Positions 13,720-24,334 of a DNA stretch of 64,000 nucleotides are shown piece by piece. Positions within the stretch are counted from its first letter, which is position 1. The number at the start of each line of letters is the position of its first letter. The notes beneath the pieces were generated by a model. It made no database searches and was not told where the DNA came from. It saw nothing but the letters and a program-made list of their open reading frames with translations. Source of the stretch: Lama glama. Its lineage: Eukaryota. The stretch spans positions 9,798,001-9,862,000 of the forward strand of contig CM052817.1 of assembly GCA_028534125.1 (NCBI GenBank), given 5' to 3'. The translations under genes were made by a program, and so were the position numbers.

Positions 13720-14860
13720 CTAGAAAATAAAAGACCCCTGTCTTACATTACTCACAAAATTAACTCAAAATAGATTAAAGGCTTAAATGTAAGATCTGAA
13801 GCCATGAAGCTCCTAGAAGAAAACACAGAAAAAAGACTCCTTGACATGGGTCTCGGCAATGATTTGTTTGGATGTAACACCTAACGCATACACAATAAAA
13901 TGAAAAACAAGCAAATGTGACTACATCAAACGAGAAAGCTTCTGCACAGCAAGAGACTCAACAAAGTAAAAAAGGAAAAAATCCATGGAATGGGAAAAAT
14001 ATTTGCAGATGACGTATCTGATAAGGGGTTAATATCCAGAATGTATAAATAACTCATGCAACTCAACAGCAAAAAAGTCAAATGACCCGATTTACGTTGA
14101 TTTGACTTCCATGTGGAATCTAAAAACAAAAAGAAACTCATGGATTAGGTCTATAGTTACGAGAGGCAGGGTCTGGGGAGAGGGGAAATTGGAGAAAGAG
14201 GGTCAAAAGGTACAAACGTCCAGTTACAGGGTAAATAAGTACAAATGACCTTCAAATGGCACGGTCTGAGCTGTGAGGGGCCACTCACACGCAGGTTTTT
14301 TCAATAAATATAGGACCTGTATTTTCATTGTACAGATCTTTGAATTAATAAAGTGTGGGGAAAAGTCTGTTTTCAATTAGGGATCACAATATGTAGAAGA
14401 AAAAGAACCAGTGTTTGAGTCCTGATTCTATCGAGACTGTTCCAGCTTCCTGCCCTTGGGGGAGTCATTTATCAATTCATTTGTTTTACTGCGGAGAAAG
14501 CAGTACGTGGATTTTTGACTACACGGCAGTTGATTTCTAACCTCCACATTGTTCAAGTGTCACCTATGCTAGGGACGTAATGCACAGCATGGTGACAACG
14601 GTGACAATAGTTAGTACTGCTCTACGATACATATGAAAGCTGTCAAGAGAGTAAATCCTAAGAGTTCTCATCACAAGGAAAACTTTTTTTCCCTATTTTT
14701 ACTTTCTCTTTTTATTGTACATATACAAGATGATGGATGCCAACTAAACTTACTGTGGCGATCATTTCACGAGATACGGAAGTCAAACCAATATGCTGTA
14801 CACCCTAAACTTATACAGTGGTGCGTAACAATTACAGCTCAGTAGAACTGGGAAAAAAGA
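13720..14860 (+). mobile_element. L1 3' region interrupted by a Tigger element
   Basis: ORF2 relic (AAAATTAACTCAAAA...CTTCTGCACAGCAA) and 3'UTR (AGAGTAAATCCTAAGAGTTCTCATCACAAG). Confidence 0.8.
14242..14567. mobile_element. Tigger2/MER8-like non-autonomous DNA transposon nested in L1
   Basis: Degenerate terminal inverted repeats (CAAATGACCTTCAAA... / ...TTGTTCAAGTGTCACCTA) resembling CAGTTGACCCTTGAACAA. Confidence 0.65.
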
Positions 14861-15599
14861 CAAACACACTGAAAGCAATGGGATTTTGAAGTTCCACTCT
14901 GACTTGTATCATTCTGAGAAAGGGCCTTTTTTTGGTGCCCAGTGTGTCACCCTATGATTCTAAAAGGAAAAACAATGAACTGAATGTGAAATTTAAACGA
15001 GATAATACTGCATATGGTAATAGATGCGTGGGATAGTGTAGGCACACATTAAAGTGCCAAAAAACAGATAGTTTCTTTACTCTTCCTTTTTTGGCTGTCT
15101 GTGGGTTGGAAGCTGGAAAATCAAGCTTTAGGGCTGTATATAAAAATGAGAAGATGATGTAAGAATGAGGATCCAGTGAAATTCTCATTTGAGTTTACTC
15201 ATCATTCACTCACTCCTGCCGCTACATTTCTGTCCACGAGCTCGTATCACGGTGTGTATAATGATCACTTATTCTTAGTCAATAAGAATTCTTTCTCCAG
15301 GGTCAACTGTAGATCTTACAGGGCAGACACCTTGGCTGGAAGGCCTTTATGTTCCTAGAATCCAGTCCACAGCCGGGTACACAGAGCAGGTTCAATGCAT
15401 GGTTTTGAAGTTTGTATGTGAAGGAACAAGTGAACTCCTGTGACATTACTTAGGTGTTTATAGGCCATTTTCTTTTTTGTGCTTAGCTTTCAGACTTCAT
15501 TATAAACTACACATTTATATATGTGTGTGTGTGTGCATGTGTGTACAACTATATATTTTGCATGTATCATATGTATATATATATGTTTGTCCATGTGTT

Positions 15600-16825
15600 T
15601 TTAGCAGTAGACTTAAAACAAGCAGCGATACATGTCATGAGTAGCTTGGTGGCCAGGAAAAGAGTAATAATATACATTATGACAGTGATAATCACCTGCC
15701 AGGTGAAGTGGAAAAAGCAGTCTATTCCTGAGGAAAGCCAGCTGCACAGATCATTTAAAGGGTCAGTTTCTCTTACATCTTGTAACCATCCTGCCCTTTG
15801 GGAAATTTTTTCTTGGTGCATCACAGCCTCTCCAGAGGTACTGGCATAAGGACCACAAGTAGTATGAACAACAGCACAGCCGCTCCTTGTTTAGCCGGCA
15901 CAAAGCCCGAGGCGACCTGTGACTCAGGACCGCCTGGGCTAAGGGACTGAGGGATGCCTGCTGGCTGCGGTGCTTTTTGCAGTCTCCTCGGCTGTTTGAT
16001 CAACGCAGCTGGTACATCTCTAATCATACTTCTGTTTATGTCTACTCCTGCACAAGGAGCCAAGACTCCCCAAAGACTTTGCCACCCGGTATCTTGTTAT
16101 CCTGCTGACATGGATCTCTTGACTCTGTCGTGAAGAGAAAAAGGAGGTTCATCTGTTTCCTTGCGTATAGAAAATGGGTAATGTAACGTCCCAGTAAATA
16201 TAAACCAATTTCCCAGTTTATGTGCCCATCCTTGGGCAAATGGGGCAATTTCAACATCACACATGAAGACAAAACCTGGGGGAGTGTAAGTGATCCCTCC
16301 CGGAAGGACTTCATGGCTGGTCTCCTGAACTGGAAGTTTTGTGAACACATTAAACCATAGGTAATTTCTCTTGCAGGCTTTCCAAAAGTCATCTGTATGG
16401 CATTTAACATATGGGATTGCTGGCATAATTTTCTTGCATTTTTCTTTAAGATAATTTTCAATAAAGTAAGGGACAGAGTGAGGGAGCCCTCGGGTGTATT
16501 GTGCTTGGTCCCTAAGGATGGAGGATGGTATCAGACAAGGTATGGACACATTAGTATGTTGAAGAATTTGAACCTGAAACATCAGGCCAGAGGTCAGTTG
16601 GTCTAGGTGAGTGGTGACCTTAGGAACATCTGAAAAGTTGGTGGCAGGTGTTATGAGAAGCTTATACCAGTCTTGTTTCGACTGAGGAATTTCACGGCAG
16701 ATCCAACAGCTGGTTAGATTGCCCCAGTAGCTATGCATTGTGACCACCTTACTGAAGAATTTTCTTTCCATCCTAAACATTGGGGCAAAAGCAGAATTAG
16801 AAGTAAAACAATAGCTTTCAATTGT
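15600..16825 (-). pseudogene. Gamma-type env pseudogene of the ERV1
   Basis: Signal peptide LKAIVLLLILLLPQCLG/WKEN in one frame, then a frameshift to NLTSCWIC (CxxC); furin site RVKR followed by a stop; degenerate immunosuppressive domain (VASGFVPAKQG); TM anchor WQVIITVIMYIITLFLA. Confidence 0.85.
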
Positions 16826-16979
16826 GATTGGGAAATAAACACTTGGCCAACAGTTCAACTGAACCTGGAGGGTGAGTCACAGGGGCCTGGTCCAGTTCTT
16901 GGGTCACACCTGTCTGTGGCTGCTTCTCATCTTGGTGTGGGTGTTGTTTCTCCTGGAAGTGTTGTTTTAAGGTGACTTT

Positions 16980-18521
16980 GAGGTCAGCAGTCTTCTCTAT
17001 AGGCCAGTCCAACGCAGAGGCCCCTTCGAAGTGGGAAATACACATCCAAGAGTCAATTCCCTTCGGTTCTGCCGGGCATGAGCTAGATAAGCGTACCTGA
17101 TCAGGGGCCTTCCGTCTAGGCTGGAGAGAGGGTCCCTTAAACAATGTCCTTTCCAGTAGCACAGCCTCCTGGCTGCAGGTCATGGGCTGCCTGACCTTCA
17201 TCCAAAGACAGATGACTGTGGTAAGCTTCAGGAATCAGCTTGGAATATCCTTTCAGTAATTCAATTAAGCTTTACACTAATGTAACAAAGCAACAAGTCG
17301 TCACCTAGGAAGTGGGTTTTAGGCAGTAGATATCAAACCTCAGAGACAATTAGCAACACCAGACTTTAATATCCACACAGGTATATGGCTGAACTATTTT
17401 TTTCTCTAGAAAATTATACTTCTTTCTACCTAATACGGCCAAATTAAGACTAATTTGTTAGCAAAATAAGTCTGGTTTCAGTAAACTTGGCCTGATTATT
17501 TGCTTAAGTGTGATTGATCCTGTAGGCTCTTTTAAATTTGACTTTGCTGGAACTTTTCACAAGGAATCTCAAATTCAATTTTTAATAGGCTTCGCAAGGC
17601 CAGGAAACCACACTAAGGACTCATCGGATTCTGCCCGCAATACTTACAGATTTGGGTGGATTCCTCTCTTGAGTTTCAAGATATCTTGAGGTTCCTGCAT
17701 TTGCCAGGAAGTGGCTTTTCTTATTCACTTGGTAAGGCTTCTGGGAACCTTGTAAACAAGATACCAGGTTGTTTTTTCAAGGAGCTTTGTGGCTCCATAA
17801 AGTCTACCATATCTCTTTAAAGCTATCTGGCAATACTTGCTTTTATGTTCAAAGCCATGGTAATATGACCGATATTTCCAATTGTTCCTTGTTATAAGCA
17901 GAACAGATTCTTACTGAACTCATGCAAATAACTATATTGCCATGAAAATCACTCATTAAGAGTTTCCAAATTCTTGAGGGCTGAGGTAGAGAGAAAGATA
18001 GCTTTTTAAATTCTGCTTACAAAGGTATAATTTGCCAAATCACTGTAAGTCATAATTAACTCAAGAGGAATTAAGTAGAATAAAGATTAAAAGCCAGTAA
18101 TGTTTGGACAGTTATAAAAATTATAATCATATTTACCAGTTCATTCAATCTCATGTGATTAACCCTTGTTCTGCTTGAATCCAGTCCCTCTATCAGTTCT
18201 GCTGCCCTTGCCTGATGATTGGGGGTGACAGTGGCGGTGGTAATTTCAAGACGTTTGCAAGGTTTTTGTTAAGCCTCATATGATTTGCCCGGTGAAGAGG
18301 ATGCCTTGATCGCCGGAGATGGTAGAAGGTGTATCCCAAATGGAAAGTACATTTGCTAACAGTCCCTTTGTCAGTGTTGGGGCATCGTCCTTGCAGCAAA
18401 GGAGGGCTTTAACCCACCAAATAAAAAATGGGGTTTGCCAGGGAGCCAGGAAGAGCCCAGGAACCATCTCGGGTTTCCCAAAGCCTGGACTGTTTATTTT
18501 ACAGCTTTTGTTTATCCACAT
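16980..18521 (-). pseudogene. ERV1 integrase fragments (core 18190-18521; C-terminal 16980-17300)
   Basis: WVKALLCCKDDAPTLTKGLLANVLSIWDTPSTISGDQGILFTGQII (SD.G.HF-type motif); HPLHR relic; LQPRRKAPDQV...KGIDSW (GPY/W module). Confidence 0.8.
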
Positions 18522-20816
18522 TCATTTCTCTGATTTAGGAACAGAGTGTTGCCATGTTACAAGGACATTAGCATGGCAAAGGTCTGACAATGATGGGCTA
18601 ATTTTTTGTAGAAACAGAATGAACTTTGTCTACATGTGCCAAAATCTTTACAGAGTTTGTCGTTGCCTTTGCATGAATGTCAGCTAGGGCATTTCCCTAA
18701 TACTCAGTTCAGGTTCAGTTCCTTTACTGGGAGCTTCAATTTTGATGACAGATAACGTTATGTCAGGACATACAAGACTTTAAGGAATTTCACATAATTT
18801 CCAGAACAGTTATAGACTACATACTTATACAGACATAACACAAAGAAGGCTTAATCTTACCTTTTATTTGACAGTGCTTCCTATGTAATTTAACATGTCA
18901 AATAAGCATAATTAGTTTAATATCTCTCTTTGAGATGCGTCAAAACAAAATCACTTTCTTTTCCTTTAATATACTGCATTTCCATTCCTCATACCTTCTT
19001 TTATTGAATGCACACATCCTATTTTCCTTACACACTGCAATGTTTCCTTTATTATTTCTTGTAGCTTTAATTACATATATATTTACAATTTTTAACCCTT
19101 AGAAAACCTTAATCTCTAGTGAAAACCAAGAAGAAATAAATTGTGACCTATTTGTTATACTATAATTTCCTGATTGGCAAATTTATAAACATATTCCATA
19201 ACCTCTAAATAACATAATTTCTCACAGTATAATTTCTTTCCTCAGTGTGGTTGGTATAAGACACATGTCCAGTAAACCCAAACATCTTTAGCTTTTCTCT
19301 AATAAATGGGCAAAACTAGGTAAACTTAGACTTGCTTGGCAATTGATGTTTTAGTATTTTGTCTTATTTGGAAAAGATCTGGCTATTCAATGATTTCCCA
19401 TCACTTAACTTTTTTTTTTTTAAAGCAAACTTTAATGTTTCAAGTTACCAAAATCTGGAGAAGCTATTTTTAAGTATACATACCATAAGACGTAATTATT
19501 CTTTAAGAGTTCACCTAAAAGCTTTCGTCCCCTTTCTCTCTATTTCATTACTTGTGAAAATGTCATCATGCCAAGTTAATTTTCTTGTTGATACATTTTG
19601 TAACAGAGATAACATGAGCTAATTGACTTTCAGTAAAGCTAGGTAAAATAAAAATATATTCAATATTGATGACTCTAAAGACATGTCTGTATTAAATAAT
19701 CCAATAACTTAAACTTGTTTTCAGTCATCAAAGATTAATCCTAAATCATGTGGTCCTTTAAAAAAATTGGGCTTGTTCAAATATTTAATTTGTAAGCACT
19801 TACTTTTGAGACAATTCAATAGAGCTCTTTTAGGAATTAATTTTGGCAATGCCATTTCAGAGTTAGAATCACATTGTATTTATAATGTACAGACAGACAT
19901 CCAGATAGACACAGAGCTCCCACAGCTTTCATTTTAAAACTTAGTCAAGAATCACATATTGCAATATCAAACTCAATCGTTCGTAAGTAATAGAAGGAAT
20001 TTGTTAAGGTTACTTGTTTGAGTTTTAAAAGTCCCTCCCTCTCCTTTTTTTCCTTTCAGCTTTGGCGTCTCCTAACTGAGTCGAGGCCACAGTCAGGCAG
20101 TGCAGGCTGTGTTTGCATTTTAAGGACAGATGAAAGAGCTACACCTTTCAGTTTTCGGCTAGGAATACTTTTGTTCCCTCAGGGTCAGAATTTTGCAAAG
20201 CTGTTTTAGCAGGCTCTCTTTCTCTAAACGTGTACACAAAAGCCAGTCTCGGAATGTCAAAAGGGCCCGTCTTGCCCTTTGGCGGTGTGATAAGTACTTG
20301 TAAGCACGGGCGCCCTCCCAGCTGCACGTCTGGGAGCCGGGAGGCTTTCGAAACACAATTTCCCATTTTCTTTTAGTTTCATTTTACTGTAAAGTACGGG
20401 TCCTTCTAATTTGAAGTCACATTAAAAAAAAAAAAAAAGGTTAGCCAATCCATTTCACTCCAAACTTCCTTCTAGGCATTTCCTGCCTAAAAATGCCCTC
20501 TGGGTTCCTGGCCTAGGAATTTCCCCCTAGGTCCCCTGTCTAGGAACTTCCTCATAGGTCCTCGGCTTGGGGAGCTCCCCCTGGGTCCTTTTCACCTAGG
20601 AAATGGGACTAGTATCCACTAGACTCTAAGCCTTAAGATAGTAGTTTAAGTAAAAGTTGTGGGCCATTGCTTAACTGAGAGAGATCCAGACATCGGGAAA
20701 AACTTGCTGACACCCCTGAAGAGCGATGTGAAGCTGGGGAGAAGGGGCGCTCACAGGGGGCCAGTGCTCGGTACTGAGTGCTGCTCCAAAGTAGACTCCA
20801 GGTGAGTTTTTCTGAC

Positions 20817-20834
20817 ATCCTGCCAACTGCGTCA
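20817..20834 (-). promoter_or_regulatory. Primer-binding site, tRNA-Ser type
   Basis: Minus strand TGACGCAGTTGGCAGGAT vs tRNA-Ser PBS TGGCGTAGTCGGCAGGAT (15/18), 5 nt downstream of the LTR end. Confidence 0.75.
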
Positions 20835-21303
20835 AGTAATGTCAATGGAAACAATCAATAAACTATCCATAATAGGAATATAAAAGAGTTTTATCTGAGC
20901 CAAACTGAAGGCTATAACCCATGATACAGATTCAAGAAGCGCTTGAGTTGTGCTCTACTGGACTACAAAATGGGGGAGGCTTGTAAAGGCAAAACCCACA
21001 AAGTCACATACGTCGTTTGCCAAGAATTATAATTGGAGCTGGCAAGAAGCAAGGGTGCTTGCTGTGTGAGGACTGGTTGGGATCTGAAATAGTTTCGAAG
21101 TTACAAGGGGAGACCTTGAGATCACAGGGTTGTAGCTGGCAGCTGGCAGCAGATACTGTTTTGAGATTGGCTAGTCTTGTCCTTGAGTCTGAGACAGCTC
21201 AGAAAATTCAGGTTCTCAGTTGTGGGAGCCCATGACTGGGTTAATCAATTGTAACAGACCCCAGCCGCCTGTGACCTTTAGGAAGAACAAATGAGCTTTG
21301 CTG

Positions 21304-22199
21304 TGACATGTCTGAGCAGCCTGTGATTAGACACTGGGTCCCTTCAGGGAAAGGGCCAGAGGTTCCAGTGGAGGCGGAGTATATACAATCTTGTTCCTTA
21401 AGAATTAATCCTGAGGTAGAACATAAGTCCACTGTGGACGCACTGCTGAAGGGGTCTCTGCAGGACCAGACCGAGGAGGCTGGGTCTATCATAAAGACCT
21501 GTGTTTGAGCTGACTGGGCAGGATTGCTCCACTGGGGTTTCGGGGCACGGGAGCTGGCATCCCGTTTCCCATTTTCTGAAATCAGATTGCCATCCTTATC
21601 AAATTTAGAGTGACGCTGGCTTGCCCAATGTCTTCCTTTGCCACACCGACGGCAGTCTTTGTCAGGTAATTTCTGAGGCGGACCTCCTTGCCCTCCCTTA
21701 TTGGACTGGCGGCATTCCCTTTGAACATGGCCAGGTTTACCACACTTAAAGCAGGGCCCAGCAGAAGGGGATCTCATTAAAGCCACAAGGACCTGAGCAA
21801 AATGGGTTTCAGTTCCCACATTCTGGAAAGCCTTTATATAATCAGCTATATTTTTGTTTTGAGTTTGAATACTGGCAAGCGCTGCCTGGCGATCTGCATT
21901 AGCGTTTTCATAAGCCGGTTGTTGCAAGAACACTTTCGCTGCCTCCTGATTATCTGCTAGGTGAGAGATGCTCTGTTCTAAGCGATTAACAAAATCAACA
22001 CAAGGTTTCCTGATGCCTTGTTGAATGGTAGCAAAGGAGCCAGTAGCAGATCTGGTATGGGGAAACTTGGACCGTGCCATGAGGGCAATATCAGTACATT
22101 GCTTGAAAGTCAGCCTATCCATATGGACCTGTTGCTGAGTGTCAGCATAGTGACCTGTTCCTTCAAGCATTTCTATAGGTGTATCAATATTAGCATCAG
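21304..22199 (-). pseudogene. Betaretroviral gag (CA C-terminus, NC) running into a truncated dUTPase
   Basis: MHR-like FATIQQGIRKPCVDFVNRL; YENANAD; zinc knuckles CFKCGKPGHVQREC and CRRCGKGRHWASQR (last Cys lost); dUTPase-like SASTVDLCSTSGLIL and TGTSGPFPEGTQCLITGCS. 5' part lies in the N gap. Confidence 0.9.
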
Positions 22200-22699
22200 N
22201 NNNNNNNNNNNNNNNNNNNNNNNNNNNNNNNNNNNNNNNNNNNNNNNNNNNNNNNNNNNNNNNNNNNNNNNNNNNNNNNNNNNNNNNNNNNNNNNNNNNN
22301 NNNNNNNNNNNNNNNNNNNNNNNNNNNNNNNNNNNNNNNNNNNNNNNNNNNNNNNNNNNNNNNNNNNNNNNNNNNNNNNNNNNNNNNNNNNNNNNNNNNN
22401 NNNNNNNNNNNNNNNNNNNNNNNNNNNNNNNNNNNNNNNNNNNNNNNNNNNNNNNNNNNNNNNNNNNNNNNNNNNNNNNNNNNNNNNNNNNNNNNNNNNN
22501 NNNNNNNNNNNNNNNNNNNNNNNNNNNNNNNNNNNNNNNNNNNNNNNNNNNNNNNNNNNNNNNNNNNNNNNNNNNNNNNNNNNNNNNNNNNNNNNNNNNN
22601 NNNNNNNNNNNNNNNNNNNNNNNNNNNNNNNNNNNNNNNNNNNNNNNNNNNNNNNNNNNNNNNNNNNNNNNNNNNNNNNNNNNNNNNNNNNNNNNNNNN
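22200..22699. other. Assembly gap (500 N; true size unknown)
   Basis: Run of exactly 500 N. Confidence 1.
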
Positions 22700-22739
22700 T
22701 CTCCAGCTGAAGCGTGCCGGTTCCGTTGCCGTGCAGTGG

Positions 22740-22758
22740 ATCACGCTGGGGGTCACCA
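22740..22758 (-). promoter_or_regulatory. Primer-binding site, tRNA-Trp type
   Basis: Minus strand TGGTGACCCCCAGCGTGAT vs tRNA-Trp PBS TGGTGACCCCGACGTGAT (one substitution, one insertion), 2 nt from the LTR end. Confidence 0.8.
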
Positions 22759-24334
22759 GTCGTGGGTTCTATCCAGCAGAAGTCCCCCCGAGATGGAATG
22801 AATTACTCGAGACTATGGAAAGTCAAGAGAGTGAGAGCGAGGCGGAAACCAACTCCTCGATCCTCTCAAACACACCCGTATTTACTGTGCACAATCAAAG
22901 AAAAGATCACAAACAGTTGTGTCATGGAGCGCAGGAGCTTAAGGAAAAACAGGATCCGGTAGAGATCATAAATTCCACAATGAGTACAAAGGCTTAATTT
23001 ATCTTCAGGGTAGTCATGGGGAGAGGGGAACAAAGTAAGTTCTTCAGACACACGATGTTGATTACAAAACAGACCGCCAGGCCACCAGTTCCTTGTCTTG
23101 GGGGTTATAGACTATATAAACAGCAGAAAGCACGTCCAGCATTTATAGCTGAGGGCCTGGGTTGTCGCTTTGCAACGAGCAAAGTAAACCCTGAACTATG
23201 GACCTATGCTTAAAACAAGCCGTGTCCTGCGTTTATAGCAAAGGACGCGCAATGGTTTTGCCATTGCAGAAGTAGCCCTAAGCTAGAACCTCAACTACGC
23301 TCGCAAGGCGTTGTCTCTGCTCTTTATAGCAAGGAGACAGGAGTGTGGATGCACGGGCACCTACCAGCAAAGCACATTTGTTCTTCCTAAACATCACAAG
23401 CGGCTGGGGTCTGTTAAATTTATTAAACCAATCATGGGCTCCCACACTCAGTGATGCAGGAACGCGTCTGAAACCACATTCACAGTGGCCACCAGGCTCT
23501 ATTTTGGATGCCTGAGGCACAGTTACTCCGTTTTTATTTTTAAATGCATTCTTTCTTTAATTGTTAAAGCAAATGTGCAATATATGTTTACTAGGCCGCA
23601 TAACAGGCCATTCTAGTAAGCGTAAAGTTTGAGTTAAATCGTGTATAAAGCAGAATGACATCCCCCCCAAACCTCAAAATGTGAAAACTTCTTCCATCAA
23701 ATTTTAATGATTACTGGTTTAGAATATGTTTTAATTCCCAGGTTCTTCTGATTTTTGTCCTTTTTCTTCTAACATGAAGAATAATATTTTAATTCTAATC
23801 CCAGAAATTATTGTAAGAAAATTGTAAGTGATGTGCCCAGAGGATTTTTGTATTCATATGCTATCATAGCATAGCACAAGACTGGAAATATTTGGATAAT
23901 GCTCAAATAAACTGTGGTATGACAATTCTATGGAAGACTATGCATGATTAGAAATACTATTTATGAAGAATATTTAAAGAGGGTAAAATATCTAAATGCT
24001 AAGTTAAAATCCTGGGATATAAATATTGGGAAAATCATATGTATATGTGTATATAACACCAAGTTATTAATGCTAATGATATTTATTTCTGAGTAAAGTT
24101 ATGAGCAATTTTATTTTCTTCTTTGTAGTCTTCTTAATATTCAAAATTACAGATGAGCACAAATTGCTGTCATAACCTGAAAAAATTATTTTTAGAGCTG
24201 TTACTTTTCAAGAAGGGATATCTTTCTAAAATAAAAATTTGAATTTTGCTTTGACTACTAATTACTTAGTAAAATAAGAAGGCTTTTATAATTTATTAGG
24301 TTGAAATAAATTTAATCTCAGAAAACAAAACAAT

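Larger units (their letters stand above)
21221..23446 (-). mobile_element. Betaretrovirus-like (class II) ERV insertion: LTR 22761-23446, PBS, gag, dUTPase start, then an inverted 83-bp U3 end
   Basis: Begins TGTGGGAGCCC and ends GGGCTCCCACA; TSD CTCAGT at 21215-21220 and 23447-23452; the host ERV1 LTR continues across it. Confidence 0.9.
15600..23699 (-). mobile_element. Degraded class-I (ERV1, MER4-group-like layout) provirus; 5' LTR at 20840-21220 plus 23453-23699; 3' LTR not seen
   Basis: Minus-strand order: LTR (TGATGGAAG...TTGACA), PBS, leader, gag start MGNCVSK (20366), AT-rich filler, integrase relics, env relic. Confidence 0.85.

Noticed and set aside
22018..22756. Long ORFs of 230 and 186 aa
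   Set aside because: Artefacts of translating through the N gap.
21221..23446. DNA transposon or MITE suggested by terminal inverted repeats plus TSD
   Set aside because: The repeats start with TG and are the U3 start of a retroviral LTR, and the interior is PBS-gag-dUTPase with no transposase.
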